A stretch of 64,000 nucleotides of DNA, from the IMG/VR virus record IMGVR_UViG_3300027983_002388. The stretch is one strand, 5' to 3'. Source of the stretch: a virus (lineage: Duplodnaviria; Caudoviricetes). The notes under the pieces were generated by a model. It saw only the letters and a program-made list of their open reading frames with translations, ran no database searches and was not told the DNA's origin. Of the stretch, positions 16,925-26,993 are shown one piece after another (the stretch's first letter is position 1; each line of letters opens with the position of its first letter). Made by a program: the position numbers and the translations under genes.

Positions 16925-18190
16925 ATGTCGATGTTAGAGGAAGCCAAAAAACAACTACATGCTGCGTACAAGTTTGCTCAAATTGATGATGAAAGTTGGC
17001 AGCGTCTTCAATATCCACAAAAGACCCTCAATGTCACAATTCCAATGCGACATGATGATGGCACTCTCAAAATGTATCAGGCATTTCGCTGCCAATACGA
17101 TACAACTCTCGGCCCAGCAAAGGGTGGTATTCGCTACCATCCATCCGTAGACGCAGACCATTGCGAAGCTCTCGCATTATGGATGACTTTCAAGTGTGCC
17201 TGCCTCAAATTACCATATGGTGGTGCCAAAGGCGGTATTTGCGTAGATGCGACAAAATTATCGCACCGTGAATTAGAACGTCTCAGTAAGGCTTATATCG
17301 CATCTATGATCGACTTTATCGGTCCAGATGTTGATGTGCCTGCACCGGACCTTTATACCGACGAACGAATCATGGGCTGGATGTATTCTGAATACAAAAG
17401 AATCAAAGGTGGACATCCAAAAGATATTGTCACTGGAAAACCAGTTGCTCTGGGAGGCATAGAAGGTAGAAGCTCTGCTACTGGCTATGGTGGATTTTAC
17501 GTTCTGGAAAATATCCTCAACAATAGCGTGAGCAAAATAAACATTCCATCCAATCCAGAAGACATCCGAATTGCAATTCAAGGTTTCGGAAAAGTTGGGT
17601 ATTGGTTAGCTGAAAAATGCTTCCGTTCTGGATTGAAGGTTGTGGCCTTGACGAATGAGTTTGGTGGCTCGTATAACGAACATGGACTAAATGTCTCAGC
17701 TTGTCGCAAGTCATTAGATGAAAGCGGCGGCAAAGAATGGGGAGATGGTGACAAAATAACCAATGAAGAATTATGGTCATTGGATATTGATGTTCTGGCA
17801 CCCTCGGCTGTTGAAAATGTCATCACCATCAATAATGCCGACAAAATCAAAGCCAAGGTAATTTTGGAAATGGCTAACGGACCCACCACAAATGAAGCTG
17901 ATGCGATTCTAAATGACCGTGGCATATTGGTGATTCCCGATATTTTGGCGAATGCTGGTGGTGTGGTTGTCAGCTATTTTGAATGGCTCCAAAACCGAAC
18001 GGCGATCAGCCGAACACTGCAAGAAGTCGATCATGATCTCCGAGAAATGATGGTATACGCAACCGAAAGAGTTATTGCGTTGCACATGAAGCACGATATT
18101 TCTGCTCGGACGGCAGCATACGTTTTGGCATTAAAAAGAATCAATGATGCAAACATCTGTTTAGGAAGTCGAGGGTATTTTCAGAAATGA
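16925..18190 (+). CDS. gdhA: Glu/Leu/Phe/Val (glutamate) dehydrogenase
   Basis: GPAKGGIRYHP, GGAKGG, DVPAPD, GRSSATGYG, QGFGKVG, EMANGP, PDILANAGGV. Confidence 0.93.
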   Translation: MSMLEEAKKQLHAAYKFAQIDDESWQRLQYPQKTLNVTIPMRHDDGTLKMYQAFRCQYDTTLGPAKGGIRYHPSVDADHCEALALWMTFKCACLKLPYGGAKGGICVDATKLSHRELERLSKAYIASMIDFIGPDVDVPAPDLYTDERIMGWMYSEYKRIKGGHPKDIVTGKPVALGGIEGRSSATGYGGFYVLENILNNSVSKINIPSNPEDIRIAIQGFGKVGYWLAEKCFRSGLKVVALTNEFGGSYNEHGLNVSACRKSLDESGGKEWGDGDKITNEELWSLDIDVLAPSAVENVITINNADKIKAKVILEMANGPTTNEADAILNDRGILVIPDILANAGGVVVSYFEWLQNRTAISRTLQEVDHDLREMMVYATERVIALHMKHDISARTAAYVLALKRINDANICLGSRGYFQK

Positions 18191-18269
18191 AAATTGAAAA
18201 CATCGAACGTGGTCCCGGTTGTGCAGTTTGGGGTTTGACCAATATCTCTATCCGAGACGGAATGGCTGG

Positions 18270-18614
18270 TTAAAATTTTGGTGCCAACTGAGGCAATGTG
18301 AAATTAAGCACTCGCATACCAGATGTAGCAAAAATTTGCACACAAACTAATCTTGATGCCGGATTGAAGCTCGTTATTCGCCAATTCTGATTGGTCAGTA
18401 AAATCCTCCTCGGATAACGGTCTTCAAAGTAAATCCACGTCCCATCATTCAAATGAGGGTTGATCTCCGTTTGAGCCATTTGGCTCACGTCTATAATCTC
18501 ACCAGAAGACACAACAATCACTTTTGACGTGTCGATGTGACTATCCAACATGGCCAAAAGCGAAGGTTTCGACAATCTTTGGTCAGGAAGACAGGCTTGC
18601 AAATATGGATTCAT
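18270..18614 (-). CDS. hypothetical protein
   Basis: 114-aa ORF with upstream TAAATA and GAGGG. Confidence 0.55.
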   Translation of the reverse strand: MNPYLQACLPDQRLSKPSLLAMLDSHIDTSKVIVVSSGEIIDVSQMAQTEINPHLNDGTWIYFEDRYPRRILLTNQNWRITSFNPASRLVCVQIFATSGMRVLNFTLPQLAPKF

Positions 18615-18665
18615 GAATTTTACCCTCTATTAAGAACAACTTATTTATGCGGGAGCACATATAGT

Positions 18666-18905
18666 ATGGACGTGCGGCAAGAAGATTGTTATCTTTGGAT
18701 GGACGAGTCGATCCCCGAAGACGAAAGAACGATGAACGTGTTGTGTGAACAGTGTCATCTAAAATATCCCACTCTAGGATGGTTTTGGGAAGGATCAAAG
18801 CTCGGTTACGGACCTTTTGAGTTTGTCTGCAACATATGCGGGCATTTGGTATACGCCGCCCCTAAGTCCAGCACAAACAACGAGATAGGGCAAGGGACTA
18901 CATGA
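18666..18905 (+). CDS. small zinc-finger protein
   Basis: CEQC...CNICG; overlaps the methyltransferase start (ATGA coupling). Confidence 0.6.
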   Translation: MDVRQEDCYLWMDESIPEDERTMNVLCEQCHLKYPTLGWFWEGSKLGYGPFEFVCNICGHLVYAAPKSSTNNEIGQGTT

Positions 18906-19699
18906 AAACCATCAGACCAGTGTTTAAGTGCCACGGTGGAAAATTCTATTTGGCACAGTGGATTATTTCGCATTTTCCTGAGAAGTACACAGAGATGACG
19001 TACTTGGAACCCTTTTGCGGGGGTGCGAATGTTCTTTTGAATAAAGAAAAATCTATCATCGAGATCATAAACGATCTCGATCCAAATGTCACTCAAATCT
19101 ATCAGGCGTTGCGAGACGAACCGAAAGAACTGATTCGACGTTTGAACCTCTGCAAATATTGCGAAGAAACTTTTGATCGAGCCGTCAAGAAAACCCAATA
19201 CGATGACTATTTGGATTATGCTGTAAATGAATTTATCGTTCGCCGCATGAGCCGTGGAGGGTTGAAAAAAGCATTCGCCTGGAGCAATCGTTTACGAGGC
19301 GGTCAACCTGGAGATGTCAACGCTTGGATGACAGCCGTAAAAGGTTTGCCTGATCTTGGAGAGCGAATCAAAGAAGTTTACATCTTCAATAAACCTGCCC
19401 TTGAAGTAATGAAGGCATTCAACTCGCCAAATACTTTTTTATATTGCGATCCACCATATTTGCACGAAACACGAGTATCAAAAACCGTATATTCTTCAGA
19501 AATGACTACCTACGATCATATCGAATTAGGACATGCCTTGAACGCATTTCAGGGCAAGGCCATGATTAGCGGATATGCTTCACCGCTGTACAACCGACTC
19601 TACAAAGAGTGGAATGTTGAGAAGAAAAAGATCGCCAATCATTCGTCGCAACAAAAGACCAAAGAGAAAAAGATCGAAGTGATCTGGAAAAATTACTGA
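18902..19699 (+). CDS. Dam-like N6-adenine DNA methyltransferase (D12 class)
   Basis: GGKFYLA, YLEPFCGG, IINDLD, YCDPPY. Confidence 0.92.
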   Translation: MKTIRPVFKCHGGKFYLAQWIISHFPEKYTEMTYLEPFCGGANVLLNKEKSIIEIINDLDPNVTQIYQALRDEPKELIRRLNLCKYCEETFDRAVKKTQYDDYLDYAVNEFIVRRMSRGGLKKAFAWSNRLRGGQPGDVNAWMTAVKGLPDLGERIKEVYIFNKPALEVMKAFNSPNTFLYCDPPYLHETRVSKTVYSSEMTTYDHIELGHALNAFQGKAMISGYASPLYNRLYKEWNVEKKKIANHSSQQKTKEKKIEVIWKNY

Positions 19700-19738
19700 G
19701 TTGCAGGCTAATTAAGATCAGAATCGAGAAAGACAGAC

Positions 19739-19767
19739 TTGACTTCAAGTTCCTTTTAGTTTAAGAT
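19739..19767 (+). promoter_or_regulatory. sigma70-type promoter
   Basis: TTGACT-17 nt-TAAGAT. Confidence 0.7.
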
Positions 19768-19856
19768 TAAGATTAAGATGTCGCAGTTGTGGAGCGACGG
19801 GATTGTTTCCCAAATCCACTGAAGTTAGAAGAAGTTAGAAGAAGAAAAGGTGAACA

Positions 19857-20813
19857 ATGTCGTACAACGACCGTATCGAGGCTGCGCTCGCAGCCATCAA
19901 TCAACACAACGAAGCCGTAGGTGGTGAAGGCAAGTCAGGGTATCTAAACCCTGACGAATTCATCCAATGCGTAAAGGCTTCAGGCGGGACAAGTGAGGAA
20001 CGCCTCTCTGCTCTGTCCCACGAAGACTTGCTGGCATGTATGCCAGCAACCTCTCCCAACGGGATCAAACCTCGTGTCTTGGCGAAAGAAGTCGCCGACA
20101 TCTTCCGCAGCAAATCTGCTGCCAAAACCGATGATAAGCGTCCTGTTTCCGGCAAAAAGGCCGAAAAAATGACGCCTCGTGAATTGGTGGAAGCATTCGA
20201 TCCCGAAGACCACAGCAATCCGGTTGGGGTTCGTCTTACCACAATTTCCAAGGGCGAAAAGTTCATCGTTTATTCTGATGGACGGATCGTGGACGTGGAT
20301 TCCACTTTCAAACTGCTCACAGAAATCAAAGGCGGCTACTCTGGACGTGATGATGTGGACGTGAATGGGGCCATTAAGAAGGTGTACCAAATCGGCGAAC
20401 TGCCGGAAAACTACGCTGACGAGAATCCTCTGTATAGAGGTCGTCCGTTGCGTCCTGATGGAACGTGCGACCAGACTGGTCGAAGCTGGGAAGGTGTTGA
20501 TCTTTCCGTTCGTCAACTCATCCGTGTTGCAATGGATGAAGGCGAACTGCGGGTCACACTGGAAATTGCCCATGATACTCTTGACGCCGTGATGGAAACT
20601 GGCGATCAGAAGAAACTACGATCTCGCTATCGCAAGTCAGCAATCAAATTTGATGAGCTTGCAAAGACCGGCGATCTTCCGACGTTGAAGATTCCTCTCG
20701 ACGGAGGCAGCGAAGGCACCAGCCCTTTTTCCGGGGGTAAGCAAGTAGTTTGGGGTCAAAGCCCCGTTCTGCCCAATGCTTACATCACCAATCGCCATCT
20801 GCGTGGCCGATAA
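19857..20813 (+). CDS. hypothetical protein
   Basis: 318-aa ORF after a sigma70 promoter. Confidence 0.75.
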   Translation: MSYNDRIEAALAAINQHNEAVGGEGKSGYLNPDEFIQCVKASGGTSEERLSALSHEDLLACMPATSPNGIKPRVLAKEVADIFRSKSAAKTDDKRPVSGKKAEKMTPRELVEAFDPEDHSNPVGVRLTTISKGEKFIVYSDGRIVDVDSTFKLLTEIKGGYSGRDDVDVNGAIKKVYQIGELPENYADENPLYRGRPLRPDGTCDQTGRSWEGVDLSVRQLIRVAMDEGELRVTLEIAHDTLDAVMETGDQKKLRSRYRKSAIKFDELAKTGDLPTLKIPLDGGSEGTSPFSGGKQVVWGQSPVLPNAYITNRHLRGR

Positions 20814-20874
20814 CTTCCGGGCTGGTGGCACTTTCAGTAACAACATCGCTCCCAAGAAGTAAGCAATGTAACGT

Positions 20875-20910
20875 ATATCCCGCCCATCTGTATGGTGGGC
20901 GGGATATTTT
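20875..20910 (+). terminator. intrinsic terminator
   Basis: ATATCCCGCCCA/TGGGCGGGATAT stem followed by T run. Confidence 0.75.
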
Positions 20911-20943
20911 TCTCTCAGCACATCTCAAACAAGGTACACTATA

Positions 20944-21882
20944 ATGGCGAAGAAGAAAGCAGTAGCAACCGTCGCAAAGCCTAAGACGTATGTTGCGATC
21001 ATTTTGGACAAGTCCGGCTCAATGGCTGCGACTAAGGCAGGAGCAATCAGCGGGTTCAACGAACAAATTCAACAATTGAAAGAAGACTCCAAGACGCAGG
21101 AAATTTACTGCTCGTTGGTAACTTTCAACGGCGAAGTGTTCGAGCATCTGTGGAATGTTCCAGCAGAAAAACTGTCAGAGGCAAACGCCAACGACTTTCA
21201 GCCCAATGGCAACACAGCCATGCGGGACGCAGTAGGTTACACTGTTCAGAAATTGTTGAACACAACCGATCATGAAGACCCCAATACGGCCTACTTGATT
21301 GTGACGATCTCTGATGGTCAAACTAACCAAGACCGTCATTACAATTGGGATGCTCTAAAGGAATTGACCCAGGGTTGTGAAGCCACCAAGAAGTGGACTT
21401 TCACCTACATGGGTTGCACGAAAGAGTACATGCAACAACTTGCAGAAAATGTTGGAACACAAGTTTCCAATATGGCAGCGTGGTCCAACCATTCCGTCGC
21501 TGCTGCTGGTCTTGGTTTTTCCAATATGCGAGGTCGTCAAAAGAAATACTTTGCTGAACGAGCTATGGGACAAAGCGCTGCGTCCAATTACGCTTCGGAT
21601 AGTCTGAGCGTTGCTGACTTCACTGAAGATGTCGTAGAATCGGCACCGGCTCCTGTGTTGGTGGATGTGGCGGCTTTACCAAAGGTGGACTTTGCCACCA
21701 TCTTGAGTCTCCAACCTAAGTATGAGGTTCAAGATTCTCCAGCCTGGAATGGTGGGACATTGTTCGCCAATTCCATGAAAGTAGCCTGGAGCGGTGATGA
21801 GGGATCAGATTTAACCGCCAATGGCGGCGTAGCTTCGATGGCTGTCGCCAACAATGTTCGGCGTGGCGTCAAGAAGAACTAA
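20944..21882 (+). CDS. von Willebrand factor A domain protein
   Basis: IILDKSGSM (DxSxS), T.M.DA, ISDG MIDAS elements. Confidence 0.88.
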   Translation: MAKKKAVATVAKPKTYVAIILDKSGSMAATKAGAISGFNEQIQQLKEDSKTQEIYCSLVTFNGEVFEHLWNVPAEKLSEANANDFQPNGNTAMRDAVGYTVQKLLNTTDHEDPNTAYLIVTISDGQTNQDRHYNWDALKELTQGCEATKKWTFTYMGCTKEYMQQLAENVGTQVSNMAAWSNHSVAAAGLGFSNMRGRQKKYFAERAMGQSAASNYASDSLSVADFTEDVVESAPAPVLVDVAALPKVDFATILSLQPKYEVQDSPAWNGGTLFANSMKVAWSGDEGSDLTANGGVASMAVANNVRRGVKKN

Positions 21883-21910
21883 TTCCCACTTCTCCCCATT
21901 TCCTCCCATT

Positions 21911-21944
21911 AAGCGGACCCGATTTATTTCGGGTCCGCTTTTTT
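21911..21944 (+). terminator. intrinsic terminator
   Basis: AAGCGGACCCGA-tttatt-TCGGGTCCGCTT-TTTT. Confidence 0.85.
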
Positions 21945-21968
21945 GTTGCGCCAACCCTAAATAACAAC

Positions 21969-22229
21969 ATGAGTTTAATAGGCTTCAAAGAATGGCTATC
22001 TAAGACTGCACCAGAAGGTGGAGGCGAAATATGGGACAACCGTTCCAATGCCGATCTCGATTTCGGGAGAACAGGAGCTAAATCCAGAAATGTCTCTCAA
22101 AACAAGTCAGGTCAAGTGGAGATAGACCCTGAAAAGCTATTCTTTGGAATATCCAAAAAGCGAAACCCTAAACTAGATACAGATAAGAATTCCAATACCG
22201 GAGGAAGTAATGAAAACAATTACATTTAG
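21969..22229 (+). CDS. small protein with capsid-targeting-like N-terminus (MSLIGFKEWLSK)
   Basis: TAAATA 5 nt upstream; first gene of a coupled cluster. Confidence 0.7.
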   Translation: MSLIGFKEWLSKTAPEGGGEIWDNRSNADLDFGRTGAKSRNVSQNKSGQVEIDPEKLFFGISKKRNPKLDTDKNSNTGGSNENNYI

Positions 22230-22506
22230 AGTAAATCTTGAAACAGTGAACCGTCAAGGTTTTTTGCAACCAAACCGTACAACACTGGCTGGAAACGAAA
22301 CTGTTTCCGAAGCTGACAACATGCGTATTACTCGCACTATTTATATCCCTGGTCTGTTACAGACCAATGTTCAAGGTCTTGGCCCAAAGGGATATTTGCA
22401 CCACGGCGACACATTTGTTGCTACTGATTCGCAAGCTATGTATTTGAAGAAAACTTATGTGTTGGGTCAAGCCGACGACGTTCTTCAAATCGTTTCCGAA
22501 GACTAA
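22210..22506 (+). CDS. hypothetical (putative virion) protein
   Basis: GGAGG SD; 98 aa. Confidence 0.65.
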   Translation: MKTITFRVNLETVNRQGFLQPNRTTLAGNETVSEADNMRITRTIYIPGLLQTNVQGLGPKGYLHHGDTFVATDSQAMYLKKTYVLGQADDVLQIVSED

Positions 22507-22540
22507 TTTCAAATAGCTTTGTCATTCAATAGGGTGGGAA

Positions 22541-22879
22541 ATGAGTTCGTTTCAACGATTGTGGGAAAATATCCAAGCTGATAAAGAGAAGACGCCCCAG
22601 GATGACAGGGCAATGTCTGCTATACGCACCGGCATGGGTGTTCGTGATGAATTTTGGGATGACTTTCTATTGGTCATCAACAATTCAGAAGGTCTTTCGC
22701 AACTGCTGGATATTCCGACCACAAAGATTTCTGGTTGGCATGACAAAGTAAAGCATGTTTTGGATAAGGTCAGGCAAGCCGATGCTTCTCCTGACCCTAG
22801 AGACAACGGCAAGTTGCTCAAGACAGGGCAATCAGACGAACCAGACCCACATACTCTTGTCATGAATCCGGTACAATGA
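22541..22879 (+). CDS. hypothetical protein (MSSFQRLWE N-terminus)
   Basis: 112-aa ORF within the cluster. Confidence 0.65.
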   Translation: MSSFQRLWENIQADKEKTPQDDRAMSAIRTGMGVRDEFWDDFLLVINNSEGLSQLLDIPTTKISGWHDKVKHVLDKVRQADASPDPRDNGKLLKTGQSDEPDPHTLVMNPVQ

Positions 22880-23274
22880 TGAAATCACTTAAAGATTGGC
22901 GAATTAAAGAGAACACTCAAAATGCTGAGTGGGATCACATCAAGTCAATGAAGTTCCCCACAAGCCCTGATATGAAAGCGTTTATTGCGCCCAGGGTAGG
23001 GAAACTTCAAGAGGCTATTGTACTTCGATTAAGTGAAGGAAATCCAAAGATCAAATCTTTCAGAGACGTACCACCTGAAGTAAGAGATCAGTTTGCCCAA
23101 GCAATCGTGTCCTCAACGCTGGAAGCATTCTTTGGTGGCATGGACCCACAAGCGGCTCAATCAAGCCACGGTCAACAACCCATGACTCCACAACCCATGA
23201 CTCCACAACAGCCGCAGCCTCCACAGATGTTGCCACAAGATGAACCACAAACTCCAGCCGCATCGAGGGGATAA
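22876..23274 (+). CDS. Gln/Pro-rich protein with capsid-targeting-like N-terminus (MKSLKDWRIKE)
   Basis: ATGA coupling; QPMTP duplication. Confidence 0.65.
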   Translation: MMKSLKDWRIKENTQNAEWDHIKSMKFPTSPDMKAFIAPRVGKLQEAIVLRLSEGNPKIKSFRDVPPEVRDQFAQAIVSSTLEAFFGGMDPQAAQSSHGQQPMTPQPMTPQQPQPPQMLPQDEPQTPAASRG

Positions 23275-23672
23275 TGAAAAGTTTCAATGATTTTGTTTGC
23301 CTAAAAGAAGACGGGATGCCACCTACTCAAAACCAGATGAATCCTGCGGCCAATCAAATGCCACCAACAGGTCTAAGTCCAGAAGAACAAAATCCCGGAC
23401 AGGGAGCCGAACGTGATCCACCACCCGAAGCGGCAGCAGAGATGGAAGGCATAACCAACGATATTCAACGTCAAGTTAATCGTCTTTTCCAAGTGTTAGA
23501 TCGACACAATCTGAATAAGACAAAGACAACTACTCTATTAACTGCGCTCATTCAGCAAGTGGCTAGTGGTGGAAAACTAACTGCTACAGGTGCGACTCAA
23601 ACAACTCGCAATGCGATGACCACAAATGGAAGCGGAATGTCCCCACCAATGCAGCCAATGGCGAATGGTTAA
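23274..23672 (+). CDS. protein with capsid-targeting-like N-terminus (MKSFNDFVCLKED)
   Basis: TAATG coupling. Confidence 0.7.
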   Translation: MKSFNDFVCLKEDGMPPTQNQMNPAANQMPPTGLSPEEQNPGQGAERDPPPEAAAEMEGITNDIQRQVNRLFQVLDRHNLNKTKTTTLLTALIQQVASGGKLTATGATQTTRNAMTTNGSGMSPPMQPMANG

Positions 23673-23686
23673 ACAAGGAGCCATGA

Positions 23687-25729
23687 ATGAACGAGAGAAA
23701 AAATATCGTAAGGCAAAATACCACAAGAAAAACGCAAAACGATAAATTGAAAGAAGCGTTGGCAAAAAAGCCGACCGCATCTCATTTGAATACAGTGGGC
23801 ATTTCTCCAATTCAAATGGACCAACTCAGTAGAATGCCGCCAGAAAAAGAAAAATTACTTAAAGATCGTCTGGTCAGAAATTCCAAGAATCGAAAAAGGT
23901 TTAACAATCGTCCCCTGACAGTTGTTCTTTCCGATCAGATAGCTGGCACTAGCTACATGGAGTCATTGGGTTCAAATGATGGTCGGTCCAATGAATGGCC
24001 TGCTCCTGCTTGGTTTCGCACAACACAACCAGTAGATGTTTCTGTAATTATTCCGCTATACAAAAGTGATAGTGTCATACAGGATTTAATTCGTACATGG
24101 CCAATTGAAACAGGAAAATACACTGTCGAAATAATCTTTGTTGACGATCAATGTCCAAAAAAATCAAAAGAAGTAGCATTGAACACCTGGACACTTCGCA
24201 AAAGTGAACTTAAAGGTCCAGTTGGTAAGATCATCTACAATTCAAGCAACAAAGGTTACGGACAAGCCTGTAATGCAGGTGCCGCTGTTGCTTCTGGCAA
24301 ATACTTGATATTTTTGAATGCCGACACAAAGGTTACTTCGGGTTGGGTTGATCCTATGATCGAGTTGTTCAATGATCCCAAAGTTGGATTGGTTGGCAAC
24401 ATGCACCTAAAAGAAGGTGGCGATCATAATGGAACAATCGACAGTGCCGGGTCCGAGTGGAAATGGAACGATATGTCTTTTATTCACATCGGAAGACACT
24501 GTTATCGAAAACAGGGCATTGCCGGACCCTACAAACCAGAAAATGCTCCTAGAGACTTGTTAGAAGTCAACGAACGAGAAATGGTAACTGGTTGCTGTTT
24601 TGCAATGACAAAATCATTGTTTGAATATATTGGCGGATTCAATCCAAATTATAGAATTGGTTATTGGGAAGATTCTGAAATCTGCCTAAACGTCAAAGAA
24701 CTTGGCTACAAGGTCATGTTCCAGCCTAAATCTGTAATCTATCATAAATTAGGACACACAGCATCAGGTGGGCATAGATATTTTGGTCACAACAAACTTT
24801 ACTTCATGAACAAATGGGTCAAATCTCATCGACTCGATGATCTTTTGTTAACAGAAGCACGCTCAAAGAATGACAATCCTGTGAATCGCATTTTAGTTCG
24901 TCGTAGCAATGCTCATGGAGACGCATTGGTTGCAGCAGGCGTATGTGCTGGTCTTCGGAAGAAGTATCCAAAGGCCCACATTATGTTTTGCACTCTCTTT
25001 CCTGAAGTCATATGCCAAAATCCAAACATTGATGAATTCATTGATGTTCGTCAAATACACAAAACTCCATTTGATGTATTTTACAATTTAGATTTTTGCT
25101 ACGAATGGCGTCCAAGGATCAACATCCTTACGGCTTATGCTGAAGCTGTGGGCATCAAGAAAGAAGACTGCAAAGTCTGCATGGTGCCAGAGCCTTTCGA
25201 GTCACTTCCAAAAAATTACATTGTAGTTCACGCTGGTCGTACTGATTGGGTTGGCCGGGATTGGCCACACGAAAACTTCGTTGAATTAACGAAGAGGCTT
25301 ATATCGGCTGGCGAAACTGTAGTGGCTGTTGGCAAATACTCTGAAGGTGAAATCCCTTGCAATCTGGACCTGAGATCAAAGACCAACATCGCACAAATGG
25401 CATTTGTCATGAGCAAAGCAAAGGCGTTTGTCGGCATTGATTCTTTGCCCATGCACGTCGCTCAGGCGTTCGACGTACCAGGAGTTTCTTTCTTTGGCTG
25501 CGTGTGGCCCGAATCAAGAATCTACAGCGATAAGATGCGTGGCATCAACGCAAAAGATTTATCCTGTTTAGGTTGCCACCATCGTAAACCAGCGCCATCT
25601 ACTGTGACTAAGAGTTGCGAAACAGGCACTCTGGATTGCATCAGTGGTGTATCTGTTGATGATATGTGGTTCAAAGTGCAAGACTTACTTGAGGAAGTGA
25701 ACAATGGACGTATTAGCCTCTTGGGATGA
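23687..25729 (+). CDS. fused GT2 + GT9 (heptosyltransferase-like) glycosyltransferase
   Basis: VSVIIPLY..FVDD, GYGQACN, FLNADT, YWEDSE (GT2); RRSNAHGDAL, FVGIDSLPMHVAQAFDVP (GT9). Confidence 0.88.
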   Translation: MNERKNIVRQNTTRKTQNDKLKEALAKKPTASHLNTVGISPIQMDQLSRMPPEKEKLLKDRLVRNSKNRKRFNNRPLTVVLSDQIAGTSYMESLGSNDGRSNEWPAPAWFRTTQPVDVSVIIPLYKSDSVIQDLIRTWPIETGKYTVEIIFVDDQCPKKSKEVALNTWTLRKSELKGPVGKIIYNSSNKGYGQACNAGAAVASGKYLIFLNADTKVTSGWVDPMIELFNDPKVGLVGNMHLKEGGDHNGTIDSAGSEWKWNDMSFIHIGRHCYRKQGIAGPYKPENAPRDLLEVNEREMVTGCCFAMTKSLFEYIGGFNPNYRIGYWEDSEICLNVKELGYKVMFQPKSVIYHKLGHTASGGHRYFGHNKLYFMNKWVKSHRLDDLLLTEARSKNDNPVNRILVRRSNAHGDALVAAGVCAGLRKKYPKAHIMFCTLFPEVICQNPNIDEFIDVRQIHKTPFDVFYNLDFCYEWRPRINILTAYAEAVGIKKEDCKVCMVPEPFESLPKNYIVVHAGRTDWVGRDWPHENFVELTKRLISAGETVVAVGKYSEGEIPCNLDLRSKTNIAQMAFVMSKAKAFVGIDSLPMHVAQAFDVPGVSFFGCVWPESRIYSDKMRGINAKDLSCLGCHHRKPAPSTVTKSCETGTLDCISGVSVDDMWFKVQDLLEEVNNGRISLLG

Positions 25730-26324
25730 TGGATCAACGGCTGATTTGAAGATGGCTGAACTTATGGCACGCTACAACGTACCAACCATTTTCTATTGGC
25801 CATCCATGCTAGGCAAAGCCAAGAATATGGCAATGACGAGTTCTTGGCTCACAGAAAAGGACTGCAAAGAGATAGCCAGTCGATTTGAAATCGGATCACA
25901 TTCTGCGAGTCATCAAGCAATGAGCAAAATGACCATTCCCCAATTGGGGATGGAAATTACAGATTCTCGTAAACACTGGCAAGACTTGACCGGGCAAGAA
26001 ATTAAATCCTTTGCGTATCCTAAAAGCAGCATGAATAGTTTAACAAAAGCTCTTATTCGAGGAGCGGGCTACGAATCTGCTCGCACCAGCATACCGGGAC
26101 ACTTACAACCCGGTGACGATCCTTTTGCAATTCAATGCACAGTTCAAATCGGGATCGACCGCATTGAATACGTTGATAGATGCTGGGAATACTTTGCTGA
26201 CGATATGTTATCCAAAGCAGAACCCAATAGTGTTTTCTACATCTTCGGAAACTCTTGGGATGTAGAAGCATACAACGATTGGGATGCTTTAGAGTCGCTT
26301 CTTATGAAGATAAAGTCCGCTTAA
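25704..26324 (+). CDS. polysaccharide deacetylase (NodB/CE4-like)
   Basis: SWDDG, EIGSHSASH, FAYP. Confidence 0.82.
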   Translation: MDVLASWDDGSTADLKMAELMARYNVPTIFYWPSMLGKAKNMAMTSSWLTEKDCKEIASRFEIGSHSASHQAMSKMTIPQLGMEITDSRKHWQDLTGQEIKSFAYPKSSMNSLTKALIRGAGYESARTSIPGHLQPGDDPFAIQCTVQIGIDRIEYVDRCWEYFADDMLSKAEPNSVFYIFGNSWDVEAYNDWDALESLLMKIKSA

Positions 26325-26499
26325 ACCAAGAAAACCAAGGTTCTTTTTCTGGAAGTGGGTCCATTTCATCTAAGAAGTCATTGATATAATCTTCCAAAAC
26401 GAATTGCGGAATCCAACCTAACTTTTCAGTTGTAAACTGAATGTCTGCTAGTGTTGTGTCGGCTTCACCAGGACGCTGAGGTATGTATGCAGTCTTCAT
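26302..26499 (-). CDS. stand-alone C-terminal fragment of an NAD-dependent epimerase
   Basis: YIPQRPGEADTTLADI...EKLGWIPQ..LEDYI. Confidence 0.6.
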   Translation of the reverse strand: MKTAYIPQRPGEADTTLADIQFTTEKLGWIPQFVLEDYINDFLDEMDPLPEKEPWFSWFKRTLSS

Positions 26500-26555
26500 A
26501 AAATAGAATAAATTGTACTATATATCTTAGCTGCTTCTGACAACAAGGAGGAATC

Positions 26556-26993
26556 ATGAAACGACAGCTTACCGCATTTGAAGTACAAGATGTTCTTCAC
26601 AAACTAGAATTATATCTTGGCGATCTAAAGGTTCGCTGGGACCAGGAAAACTCTGGAACTCGCTCTTGGTTCACGGTGCCAAGAAGCTACATCTTAAAAG
26701 CCACGACATTTATTGTCGGCATTCTTGACGAATTGATTACATTTGTCGAACCGATTATTCCAGAAGGCAGCGATAAGAAAGCTGCTGTTATGGCAGTAAT
26801 AGGAAAACTATTTGACTACATTGTAGTTCAAGCGTTCCCTTTCTGGCTGAGGCCATTTGCAGGGACAATCAAGACAATTATTGTGGGCATTGTCATCGGT
26901 CACTTGATTGATTTCATCGTCACAAAATACAACTCTGGTTATTGGTCAATGAAGCAGGAGGCTACAAATGGCACAACGGATCAAGTTGCGTAA
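26556..26993 (+). CDS. hypothetical membrane-associated protein (possible holin-like)
   Basis: AAGGAGG SD; hydrophobic C-terminal segments; overlaps the S8 gene. Confidence 0.6.
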   Translation: MKRQLTAFEVQDVLHKLELYLGDLKVRWDQENSGTRSWFTVPRSYILKATTFIVGILDELITFVEPIIPEGSDKKAAVMAVIGKLFDYIVVQAFPFWLRPFAGTIKTIIVGIVIGHLIDFIVTKYNSGYWSMKQEATNGTTDQVA

